Source: an uncultured Flavonifractor sp. (GTDB taxonomy: Bacteria > Bacillota > Clostridia > Oscillospirales > Oscillospiraceae). From it: DNA of 18,174 bases. The translations under genes and the position numbers were made by a program. Under the pieces are notes generated by a model. The model saw only the letters and a list, made by a program, of their open reading frames with translations. It was not told the origin of the DNA and searched no databases. The stretch's first letter is position 1, and each line of letters starts with the position of its first letter. The DNA lies in NCBI RefSeq assembly GCF_944387675.1, contig NZ_CALXFV010000040.1, forward strand, positions 1 through 18,174, read 5' to 3'. Below, piece by piece: positions 7,453 to 15,677 of the stretch.

Positions 7453-10053
7453 ATGCCGTCGGAACTGACCCCCATGATGCGCCAATATCTGAATATGAAG
7501 CAGCTCCACCCGGACTGCATTCTGTTTTTCCGGCTGGGGGATTTTTACGAGATGTTCCAGGAGGACGCCAAGCTGGTGTCCAAGGAGCTGGACCTCACCC
7601 TCACCACCCGGGACCGGGGCAAGCCGGCGGAGGAGCGCACTCCCATGTGCGGCGTCCCCTACCACTCCGCCGACGCCTATATCGCCCGGCTTATCGCCAA
7701 GGGGTATAAAATCGCCATCTGCGAGCAGATGGAGGACCCGGCCACCGCCAAGGGCCTGGTGGACCGGGACATCATCCGCATCATCACCCCCGGCACGGTG
7801 ATGAATTCCTCCATGCTGGAGGAGGGGAAAAACAACTTCCTCTGCGCCCTCTGCCGGGACGGGGGCGGCACCGGGCTTTGCATCTGCGACGTCTCCACCG
7901 GCGAACTCTCCGCTGCCTGCTTTCCCGCCGGGGAGGAGGGAGAGGAGCATCTGTACAACGAGCTGGGCCGCTTCGCCCCCAGGGAGGCCCTGCTGAACCA
8001 CACCGCCTATGGGGACGCCGCCCTGGTGCGCTTTCTCACCGGCCAGCTGGGCTGCCGGTGCGAAGACGGAGGGGAGGAGCGGTTCCAGGCGGAGGCAGCG
8101 GAGGAGACGGCCCGCCGGCAGTTCGCCGCCGGGCTGGACGGCCTTCCCCAGGGGTCGGAGCAGGCGGTGCGGGCGGTGGGCGGCCTTCTGCGCTACCTGT
8201 ACGAGACCCAGAAGACCGACCTCAGCCACATCACCACCCTGACCTGGCTGGCCGCCGGGCAGTACATGGAACTGGACCTCACCGCCCGGCGCAACCTGGA
8301 GCTGACCGAGACCCTCCGCTCCAAGGAGAAAAAGGGGAGCCTGCTGTGGGTGCTGGACAAAACCCGCACCCCCATGGGCCGCCGGCTCATCCGCGCCTGG
8401 ATGGAGCGGCCCCTTCTCTCCCCCGTGGCCATCGGCAGGCGGCTGGGGGCGGTGGAGGAGCTGGTGAACGACCCCATCCGCCGGGGGGAGCTGACCGCCA
8501 CCTTGCGGGAGGTCACCGATCTGGAGCGGCTTATCGGCCGTATCGTCTACGGCACCGCCGGGGGGCGGGACCTGGTGTCCCTGGCGGCGGGACTGGGCAG
8601 GCTGCCCGCCCTGCGGGCGCTGCTGGCCCCCTCCGCCTCGGCCCTGCTCTCCAGCCTGGCCCGCGCCCTGGACGATCTGCCCCAGCTGCGGGCGCTGATC
8701 GCCGCCGCCATGGTGGACGAGCCGCCCTTCTCCGTGCGGGAAGGGGGCTTTATCCGCGCAGGTTACGACGCCGAGGTGGACCGGCTGCGGAGCATTCTCA
8801 CCAACGGCAAGGACCTGGTGGCGGGGATTGAGGCCAGAGAGAAGGAGAAGACCGGCATCAAGAGCCTGAAGGTGGGCTTCAACAAGGTCTTCGGCTATTA
8901 CATCGAGGTATCCAAGTCCTACTACGACCAGGTGCCGGAGGACTATATCCGCAAGCAGACCCTGGTCAATTGTGAGCGGTACATCACCCAGGAGCTGAAG
9001 GACCTGGAGCACGAGATTCTCTCCGCTCAGGACCGGATCTGCGCCCTGGAGTTCCAGCTCTTCTGCCAGATGCGGGAGCAGGTTGCCGCCCAGGTGGGGG
9101 CCATTCAGCGCTCTGCCGCCGCCGCCGCCCAGGTGGATGTGCTCACCTCCTTCGCCCACGTGGCCGCTGAAAACGGCTACTGCCGGCCGGAGGTGGACCA
9201 GTCCGACCGGCTGGAAATTGCCGAGGGCCGCCATCCGGTGGTGGAGCAGATGCTCCGCCACAGCCTCTTTGTCCCCAACGACACCCATATGGACGGCGGG
9301 GAGAACACGGTGGCCATCATCACCGGCCCCAACATGGCGGGCAAGTCCACCTATATGCGGCAGGTGGCCCTCATCGTCCTCATGGCCCAGATGGGTTCCT
9401 TCGTCCCCGCCCGCTCCGCCCGCATCGGAGTGGTGGACCGGGTCTTCACCCGCATCGGGGCCAGCGACGACCTGTCCGCCGGCCAGTCCACCTTTATGGT
9501 GGAGATGACCGAGGTGGCGGAGCTTTTGAAAAACGCCACCTCCAGAAGCCTGCTCATTCTGGACGAGATCGGCCGGGGTACCTCCACCTACGACGGCATG
9601 GCCATCGCCCGCTCGGTGCTGGAATACTGCGCCGACAAGAAGAAGCTGGGGGCCAAGACCCTGTTTGCCACCCATTATCATGAGATCACCGCCCTGGAGG
9701 GGATTATCCCCGGGGTGAAGAACTTCAACATCGCCGCCAAGAAGAAGGGGGACGACATCCTCTTTTTGCGGAAAATTGTCCGGGGAGGCGCCGACCAGAG
9801 CTACGGCATCGAGGTGGCCAAACTGGCCGGGGTGCCGGGCAAGGTCATCGCCCGGGCCAGGCAGATCCTCTCCGAGCTGGAGGCCGGCCAGGTCCAGACC
9901 GCCCCTCCGCCGGCCCCTCCGGCCTCGGGCCAGGTGTCCCTTGCCGACATGGGGGGGAGCCAGGTCACCCGCCGCCTGCAGCAGGTGGATCTCAACACCC
10001 TCACCCCCATCGAGGCCATGAATCTGCTCTTTGAGCTCAAGCAGATGGTATAA
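7453..10053 (+). CDS. mutS: DNA mismatch repair protein MutS
   Basis: 866 aa. N-terminal TPMMRQYLNMK...FFRLGDFYEMF mismatch-binding domain, Walker A GPNMAGKST, and STFMVEM and DEIGRGTSTYDG motifs. AGGAGA lies 6 nt upstream of the ATG. Confidence 0.98.
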   Translation: MPSELTPMMRQYLNMKQLHPDCILFFRLGDFYEMFQEDAKLVSKELDLTLTTRDRGKPAEERTPMCGVPYHSADAYIARLIAKGYKIAICEQMEDPATAKGLVDRDIIRIITPGTVMNSSMLEEGKNNFLCALCRDGGGTGLCICDVSTGELSAACFPAGEEGEEHLYNELGRFAPREALLNHTAYGDAALVRFLTGQLGCRCEDGGEERFQAEAAEETARRQFAAGLDGLPQGSEQAVRAVGGLLRYLYETQKTDLSHITTLTWLAAGQYMELDLTARRNLELTETLRSKEKKGSLLWVLDKTRTPMGRRLIRAWMERPLLSPVAIGRRLGAVEELVNDPIRRGELTATLREVTDLERLIGRIVYGTAGGRDLVSLAAGLGRLPALRALLAPSASALLSSLARALDDLPQLRALIAAAMVDEPPFSVREGGFIRAGYDAEVDRLRSILTNGKDLVAGIEAREKEKTGIKSLKVGFNKVFGYYIEVSKSYYDQVPEDYIRKQTLVNCERYITQELKDLEHEILSAQDRICALEFQLFCQMREQVAAQVGAIQRSAAAAAQVDVLTSFAHVAAENGYCRPEVDQSDRLEIAEGRHPVVEQMLRHSLFVPNDTHMDGGENTVAIITGPNMAGKSTYMRQVALIVLMAQMGSFVPARSARIGVVDRVFTRIGASDDLSAGQSTFMVEMTEVAELLKNATSRSLLILDEIGRGTSTYDGMAIARSVLEYCADKKKLGAKTLFATHYHEITALEGIIPGVKNFNIAAKKKGDDILFLRKIVRGGADQSYGIEVAKLAGVPGKVIARARQILSELEAGQVQTAPPPAPPASGQVSLADMGGSQVTRRLQQVDLNTLTPIEAMNLLFELKQMV

Positions 10054-10118
10054 CGGCAGGGCCATGCGGGCAGCGCCCCGCCCGCGCCCGCCCGTCCAAA
10101 CGCAAGGAGGAACATGCC

Positions 10119-10823
10119 ATGTTAGACCGGCAGCGCCGCCCCTGGCGGCCCCAGCTGACCCGGGCCGAAATGGGCCGGGGGTGGGTGTTCTTTGCCCTGT
10201 ACGTCCTCCTGTTTCCCTGGGTGATGGGGTGGGTGCAGCGCTCCTTTGACGGAGAGCTGCCCATTGCCGAGTCCAACGTGGTCTACTACCTCCTCTCCGC
10301 CACCCTGGTGTTTCTGGTGTTCTGGACCTTTCTGCGGCACGGCTTCCATCTGCTGCTAGACTGGCTGCCGGAAAACCTGTTTGCCTTCGGCACCGGTCTG
10401 GTGGGGTGGGCGGTGCTGGCCTTTCTGGCGGGACTTGTCCCCCTGCCGGTGAAAAACCCCAATCTGCTGAGCTATCCGGAGCAGTTTGCCCTGGCCCCCT
10501 TTGCCACAGGCATGATCCTCATCGTCCTCATGCCCCTTGTGGAGGAGCCTTTGTTCCGGGGGCTGCTCTTCGGCACCAGCCGCAAGTACAGCCGGGTGCT
10601 GGGTTACCTGCTCTCCGTCTTCCTCTACGCCTTCTACTGCGTGTGGCAGTTTGTCTACGCCTACGGAGTGGTGGACTTCCGCTACCTGCTGCTGTTTGTG
10701 GAGTACCTGCCCATGGCACTGGCCCTCACCTGGTGCTACGACAACGGCGGGTCCATCTGGAGTCCCATCGCCCTGCACATGGTCATCAACGCCCTCACTC
10801 TGGCGCGCACGGTGGGGGGGTAA
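10119..10823 (+). CDS. CPBP family intramembrane glutamic endopeptidase (CAAX protease/Abi-like)
   Basis: 234 aa, polytopic and hydrophobic. Motif 1 EEPLFRG (EExxxR) and motif 3 HMVIN (HxxxN) are present. I see no His for the usual middle FxxxH motif. AGGAGG lies 8 nt upstream of the ATG. Confidence 0.85.
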   Translation: MLDRQRRPWRPQLTRAEMGRGWVFFALYVLLFPWVMGWVQRSFDGELPIAESNVVYYLLSATLVFLVFWTFLRHGFHLLLDWLPENLFAFGTGLVGWAVLAFLAGLVPLPVKNPNLLSYPEQFALAPFATGMILIVLMPLVEEPLFRGLLFGTSRKYSRVLGYLLSVFLYAFYCVWQFVYAYGVVDFRYLLLFVEYLPMALALTWCYDNGGSIWSPIALHMVINALTLARTVGG

Positions 10824-10888
10824 TTTGCGGCGGGGTCCCATGCCCGCGCCGGTTTCACACTTCCCCTTTTTAGAAAGCAGGTACGTTT

Positions 10889-12766
10889 ATGCCTCACATT
10901 CAACAACTGGACCCCCATGTGGCCGACCTGATCGCCGCCGGCGAGGTGGTGGAGCGGCCGGCCAGCGTGGTGAAGGAGCTGATGGAGAACGCCATCGACG
11001 CCGGGGCGGACAAGCTGACGGTGGAAATCCAGCACGGGGGCATGGCCCTCATCCGGGTCACCGACAACGGCTGCGGCATTGAAGCGGAGGAGGCCCAGAC
11101 CGCCTTCCTTCGCCACGCCACCAGCAAGCTGCGCACCGAGTACGACCTGGAGGCCATCGGCACCCTGGGCTTCCGGGGGGAGGCCCTGGCGGCCATAGCC
11201 GCCGTCAGCCGGGTGGAGCTGCTCACCCGCACCCGGGAGCGGGAGTTGGGCTGCGCCCTGTCCCTGGAGGGGGGCGTGGTGGTGAGCCGGGAGGAGGCGG
11301 GCTGTCCCCCCGGCACTACCCTGGTGGTGAAGGACCTGTTCTACAACACCCCCGCCCGGCTGAAATTCATGAAGAAAGACGCCGCCGAAGGGGCGGCCTG
11401 CTTTGCCATGGTGCAGCGGGTGGCCCTCTCCCACCCGGAGGTGGGGGTGAAGTTCCTCCGGGACGGCAGACAGGAGCTGCTTACCCCCGGGGACGGCCAG
11501 CTGAAGTCCGCCCTGTACGCCGTGCTGGGCCGGGACCTGGCCCTGGGCTTCACGCCGGTGAAGGGCTCGGGGGAGGAGATGCAGGTCTCCGGCTTTGTCT
11601 CCCTGCCCACCTGCTGCCGGGGCAGCCGGGGCTACCAGTACTTTTTTGTCAACGGCCGGTACGTGAAAAGCCGCACCATGATGGCCGCCCTGGAGGAGGC
11701 CTACGCCAACCAGAAGATGGTGGGCAAATTCCCCGGCTGCGTCCTTCACCTCACCACCCGCCTCAATTCGGTGGATGTGAACGTTCACCCCACCAAGCAG
11801 GAGGTGAAGTTCGGCAGCGACAAGAAGGTGTTTGACGCGGTGTATTACGCCGTGAAATCCACCCTGGAGGCCGACCGCACCCGCCCTTCCGCCGTGGCGG
11901 AGGAGCCTCCCCGGCTGGCCCCCAGGGCCGCCCGGGACACGGTGACGGCCAGCCAGACCGCCCTGCCCCTGCGGGATTTTACCGCCTCCGCCCCCACCGG
12001 AAAGGAGAAGGTCTTTGTCCGCCCCAAAACGGTCCCCACACCCGCCTCGGGGGCGGATGCCCCCGCCCCTGCCGGAAGGGCGGCCGTCCCTATCCGCCTG
12101 GAAAAGGCACCCGCCCCCACCGCGGAAGCGGCTGTCCCCGTTCGCCCGAATGCAGCGCCTGCCCCCGCCCCGGGGGCGGATCTCCCTGTCCCCCCGGAAC
12201 CGGAGCCCTGGCGTCTGGCTGGGGAGGTGCTGGACACCTACCTTGTGGTGGAGCAGGGGGACAAGGTGCTGCTCATTGACAAACACGCCGCCCATGAGCG
12301 GATGAATTTCGACCGGATGAAGGCGGAGGGCTACCAGCCCATGGTCCAGGCCCTGCTCACCCCGGTGGTGTTTACCCCCCCGGCGGAGGAGGGGGCGGCC
12401 CTGCTGGCCCACCTGCCCCTGCTGGCCCGCTTTGGGTTTGAGGCGGAGGACTTCGGCGGCGGTACCCTTTTGGTCCGCGCCGCCCCGTCGGATGTGGCGG
12501 CGGGGGCCATCCCCGATCTGCTGGCGGAGCTGGGGGAGCGTCTGCTCACCTGCGGCACCGCCGACCCGGAGGCCGCCCGGGACGAGCTGCTTCACACCAT
12601 GGCCTGCAAGGCGGCCATCAAGGGGGGGCAGCGGAACAGCCAGGCCGAACTGCTGAAGGTGGCCCAGGCGGTGATGGACGGGGACGTGAAATACTGCCCC
12701 CACGGCCGGCCGGTGGCCATTGAACTGACCCGCCAGCAGATTGAAAAGCGGTTCGGCCGGGCGTGA
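10889..12766 (+). CDS. mutL: DNA mismatch repair endonuclease MutL
   Basis: 625 aa. GHKL ATPase N-terminus (IAAGEVVERPASVVKELMENAIDAG), Pro/Ala-rich linker, endonuclease motif DKHAAHERMNFD (DQHAxxExxxxE-like) and C-terminal CPHGRP. Confidence 0.97.
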   Translation: MPHIQQLDPHVADLIAAGEVVERPASVVKELMENAIDAGADKLTVEIQHGGMALIRVTDNGCGIEAEEAQTAFLRHATSKLRTEYDLEAIGTLGFRGEALAAIAAVSRVELLTRTRERELGCALSLEGGVVVSREEAGCPPGTTLVVKDLFYNTPARLKFMKKDAAEGAACFAMVQRVALSHPEVGVKFLRDGRQELLTPGDGQLKSALYAVLGRDLALGFTPVKGSGEEMQVSGFVSLPTCCRGSRGYQYFFVNGRYVKSRTMMAALEEAYANQKMVGKFPGCVLHLTTRLNSVDVNVHPTKQEVKFGSDKKVFDAVYYAVKSTLEADRTRPSAVAEEPPRLAPRAARDTVTASQTALPLRDFTASAPTGKEKVFVRPKTVPTPASGADAPAPAGRAAVPIRLEKAPAPTAEAAVPVRPNAAPAPAPGADLPVPPEPEPWRLAGEVLDTYLVVEQGDKVLLIDKHAAHERMNFDRMKAEGYQPMVQALLTPVVFTPPAEEGAALLAHLPLLARFGFEAEDFGGGTLLVRAAPSDVAAGAIPDLLAELGERLLTCGTADPEAARDELLHTMACKAAIKGGQRNSQAELLKVAQAVMDGDVKYCPHGRPVAIELTRQQIEKRFGRA

Positions 12767-12798
12767 ACGCCGGAATTCGAGCAAATCCCCGTTTAATT

Positions 12799-12807
12799 TG
12801 GTATATA
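12799..12807 (+). promoter_or_regulatory. Possible extended -10 promoter element upstream of hfq
   Basis: TGGTATATA: TG at 12799-12800, then TATATA at 12802-12807, in the only AT-rich stretch of the 77-nt mutL-hfq spacer. There is no good -35. Confidence 0.3.
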
Positions 12808-12843
12808 TTGGATGCATCTCAGAGAAAAAAGGAGTGCACCCAC

Positions 12844-13080
12844 ATGCAAAAGACACACAACCTGCAAGATCTGTTTCTGCTCCGCGCCCGGCGGGACCGG
12901 GTCAACGTAACCCTGTTTCTGATGAACGGCTACCAGCTCAAGGGCCAGATTACGGGCTTTGACGCCTTTGTGGTGGTACTTATGACGGGGGAACGGCAGC
13001 AGATCATTTACAAGCACGCCATCTCCACCATTGTCCCCGAGCGGGCCATTCCCCTGGACGGGGAGGGGGAGGGGCGGTAG
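12844..13080 (+). CDS. hfq: RNA chaperone Hfq
   Basis: 78 aa from the internal ATG (MQKTHNLQDLFL...). Sm1-like LFLMNGYQLKGQITGFD and Sm2 YKHAISTIVP motifs. GGAG lies about 9 nt upstream. The upstream 27 codons of the track ORF are discarded. Confidence 0.93.
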   Translation: MQKTHNLQDLFLLRARRDRVNVTLFLMNGYQLKGQITGFDAFVVVLMTGERQQIIYKHAISTIVPERAIPLDGEGEGR

Positions 13081-13101
13081 CGCAGCGCGAAGGAGCGGCC
13101 C

Positions 13102-14385
13102 ATGAAGCAAGGTACCCTGAACAGTAAAATCGTGATGCTTCTGCTGCTGGCGGCAGCGGTGGTCTATCTGGCGGTGTCGGCCTGGCAGAGCTTTCGGGAC
13201 CCCTTTACCACGGCGGCCACCTATTCCTATACGGTGGACGACAGCATGGAGGCCACCGGCTTTCTGGTGCGGGAGGAGCAGGTGCTCACCCAAACCGGCG
13301 GCACGGTGGAGCTGCTGCCCCAGGAGGGGGAGAAGGTGGCCAAGGGCGGGACGGTGGCTCTGCTCTACCAGGACGCCTCCGGGCTGGAGCGCAGGCAGCA
13401 GCTCCAGCAGCTGGAGCTGGAGAAGGAGCAGCTGGAGTATGCCCTGGAGCGGTCCGACCTGGGGGGCGGGGACTCCGCCCAGCTGAGCCAGCAGGTGCTG
13501 GATGCCATCATCAGCCTGCGGGCCTCGGCGGCGTCGGGGGACCTGACCGGGCTGGAGAGCCAGGCCATGAATTTGAAAAGCCTGGTCTACAAGCGGGAAT
13601 ACGCCTACACCGGCACGGGGGACACCGCCCAGGACAGCGCCGCCGGCATCCAGGCGGCCCTGGACGAGGTAAACAACCAGATCTCCGCCCTGTCCGCCCA
13701 GGCCTCTCAGAGCACCAGCCGGCTCACCGCCAGCCAGTCCGGGATTTTCTCCGGGTATGTGGACGGGTATGAGAGCCTGCTCACCCCGGAGATGCTGGAG
13801 AGCGTCACCCCCGCCCAGCTGGAGCAGCTGGCCCAAAACCGCCCGGCGGAGAACCCCGACGCGGTGGGCAAGCTCATCACCAATTCCACCTGGTACTTTG
13901 CCTGCAGCCTGCCGGCGGAAAGCGCAGAGCGGCTGGTGGAGGGGCGGACGGTGACGGTCCGCTTCTCCCGGGACTGGTCCGGGGAGATCACCATGACGGT
14001 GTACCGGGTGGGAGAGGCGGAAAACGGCCAGACGGCGGTGGTGCTGTCCACCGACAAATACCTGTCCGACACCACCCTGCTCCGCCGCCAGACGGTGGAG
14101 CTGGTGTTCGGTTCGGTCACCGGGGTACGCATTCCCAAGGAGGCCCTCCGGGTGGAGGAACAGACCGTCACCGACGAGGAGACGGGAGAGCAGTCCCAGG
14201 TCAACGTCCCCGGGGTGTACGCCCTGGTGGGGGAGCAGGCGGAATTCAAGCCGGTGACCATTCTGCTCCAGGGGGACGGCTATGCCCTGGCGGAGGCCGC
14301 GGCCACCGGCCGGAAGGCCCTGCGCTCCGGCGATCTGGTCATTGTGGCGGCGGAGGACCTGTACGACGGCAAGGTGATTTCATAG
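13102..14385 (+). CDS. HlyD/membrane-fusion-protein-like protein with N-terminal membrane anchor
   Basis: 427 aa. One N-terminal hydrophobic helix (IVMLLLLAAAVVYLAVSAW), a lipoyl-like hairpin segment (GTVELLPQEGEKVAKGGTVALL), a coiled-coil stretch (RRQQLQQLELEKEQLEYALE) and a beta-rich C-terminus. GAAGGAG RBS. The family call is made by eye and is moderately confident. Confidence 0.75.
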   Translation: MKQGTLNSKIVMLLLLAAAVVYLAVSAWQSFRDPFTTAATYSYTVDDSMEATGFLVREEQVLTQTGGTVELLPQEGEKVAKGGTVALLYQDASGLERRQQLQQLELEKEQLEYALERSDLGGGDSAQLSQQVLDAIISLRASAASGDLTGLESQAMNLKSLVYKREYAYTGTGDTAQDSAAGIQAALDEVNNQISALSAQASQSTSRLTASQSGIFSGYVDGYESLLTPEMLESVTPAQLEQLAQNRPAENPDAVGKLITNSTWYFACSLPAESAERLVEGRTVTVRFSRDWSGEITMTVYRVGEAENGQTAVVLSTDKYLSDTTLLRRQTVELVFGSVTGVRIPKEALRVEEQTVTDEETGEQSQVNVPGVYALVGEQAEFKPVTILLQGDGYALAEAAATGRKALRSGDLVIVAAEDLYDGKVIS

Positions 14386-14415
14386 AAATAGAGCAGCAAA
14401 CGGGAGGGATTCCAC

Positions 14416-15123
14416 ATGTCGCTGGAAGAGAACATCGCCCGGGTGAAGGAGAACATGGTCCGGGCGGCCCGGGCCGCCGGCCGGGACCCGGCGGAGATCA
14501 CCCTGGTGGCGGCCACCAAGGTGCAGAGATCGGACACCATCCGGCGGGCCATTGCCGCCGGCGTGACGGTGTGCGGGGAGAACCGGGTGCAGGAGATGAC
14601 CGCCCACCTGGAGGACGACGCCTACGCCGGCGCCGCCCTCCACTTCATCGGCCATTTGCAGACCAACAAGGTGCGCCAGGTGGTGGGCCGGGTGGATCTG
14701 ATCCAGTCGGTGGGTTCGGAGCACCTGCTGGACGCCATTGAGGCCCAGGCCGCCAAGCTGGATCTGGTGCAGGACATCCTGCTGGAGGTAAACATCGGCG
14801 GGGAGCTGTCCAAAAGCGGCGTGGCGCCGGAGGCGGTCAAGCCCCTGGCTCAAAAGGCCATATCCTGCCCCCACCTGCGGCTGCGGGGCCTGATGGCCAT
14901 TCCCCCCGTTGCCGGCCAGCCCGGGGCGAATCGACCATTTTTTGCAAAAATGTATCAGCTTTATGTTGACATAAGAATGAATTTGGACCATAATGGGACT
15001 GTTATAAACTGTCTCTCCATGGGCATGAGCGACGACTATGAGGACGCCGTGAGGGAGGGCGCCACCCTGGTGCGGGTGGGTACCGCCCTGTTCGGCCCGC
15101 GGCCGCCCATGAGACAGGGATAA
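14416..15123 (+). CDS. yggS: YggS/YlmE family pyridoxal-phosphate homeostasis protein
   Basis: 235 aa. PLP-lysine context LVAATKVQ, HFIGHLQTNKV, and C-terminal LSMGMSDDYEDAVREGATLVRVGTALFG. Confidence 0.93.
   Translation: MSLEENIARVKENMVRAARAAGRDPAEITLVAATKVQRSDTIRRAIAAGVTVCGENRVQEMTAHLEDDAYAGAALHFIGHLQTNKVRQVVGRVDLIQSVGSEHLLDAIEAQAAKLDLVQDILLEVNIGGELSKSGVAPEAVKPLAQKAISCPHLRLRGLMAIPPVAGQPGANRPFFAKMYQLYVDIRMNLDHNGTVINCLSMGMSDDYEDAVREGATLVRVGTALFGPRPPMRQG
14966..14994 (+). promoter_or_regulatory. Candidate internal promoter (within the yggS 3' part) for sepF-divIVA
   Basis: TTGACA (14966-14971), 17-nt spacer, CATAAT (14989-14994), preceded by an A/T-rich stretch. It is embedded in a 60-nt segment (14941-15000) that I count as 19/60 G+C, inside an otherwise GC-rich gene. 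Confidence 0.4.
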
Positions 15124-15155
15124 GCTGAAACAGAAAATTCGGGAGGGAAACCGAA

Positions 15156-15656
15156 ATGGGTTTTTTTGACGAACTGAAGCGCCTGGCCCGTCCCTATGAG
15201 GACGAGGAAGTGGAGGAGGAGTTTGACGACTTTGAGCCGGTCACCCGCAGCGAGCGGATGGACCGCACCGGCACCGACCGGGCGGAGCGGCGCAGCGCCA
15301 AGCTTCAGGACACCAATACCGGCGTCTTTCCTCAGGAGGCGGAGCGGCGGAACAACAAGGTAGTCAATATCCACACCACCACCCAGCTCCAGGTGGTGCT
15401 GGTGAAGCCCGAACGGTTTGAGAACGCCAGTGAGATTGCCGACCATCTGCGGGAGAAGCGCACGGTGGTACTCAATCTGGAGTCCACCAACAAGGAGGTG
15501 GCCCGCCGGGTGCTGGACTTTTTGGCCGGCGCTGCCTATGTCAACGAGGGCAAGATCAAGAAGGTGGCCATCTCCACCTACATCATCACGCCCTACAACG
15601 TGGACATTCTGGGCGATCTCATCGACGAGCTGGAGAACAACGGGCTGTATTTCTAA
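15156..15656 (+). CDS. sepF: Cell division protein SepF
   Basis: 166 aa. N-terminal amphipathic MGFFDELKRLA, a disordered acidic linker, and a conserved C-terminal core (VVLVKPERFENASEIADHLREKRTVVLNL...RVLDFLAGAAY). GGGAGGG RBS. Confidence 0.92.
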   Translation: MGFFDELKRLARPYEDEEVEEEFDDFEPVTRSERMDRTGTDRAERRSAKLQDTNTGVFPQEAERRNNKVVNIHTTTQLQVVLVKPERFENASEIADHLREKRTVVLNLESTNKEVARRVLDFLAGAAYVNEGKIKKVAISTYIITPYNVDILGDLIDELENNGLYF

Positions 15657-15677
15657 TGGGAGCAGGGGGGAGCAAGT

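Noticed and set aside
5958-7520. 520-aa minus-strand ORF
   Set aside because: Antisense to miaB, which has clear radical SAM/MTTase motifs. It is a compositional artefact.
7363-10065. 900-aa ORF on the minus strand
   Set aside because: It is exactly antisense to mutS. The product is low-complexity G/A/P/L/H/V/Q-rich with no recognisable motif. Such ORFs are expected opposite GC3-rich genes because stop codons are rare in the reverse frames. The sense strand carries unmistakable MutS motifs.
10736-12856. 706-aa minus-strand ORF
   Set aside because: Antisense to mutL and the hfq start. It has the same compositional artefact and no motifs.
12793-13836. 347-aa minus-strand ORF
   Set aside because: Antisense to hfq and the HlyD-like gene. 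It is a compositional artefact.
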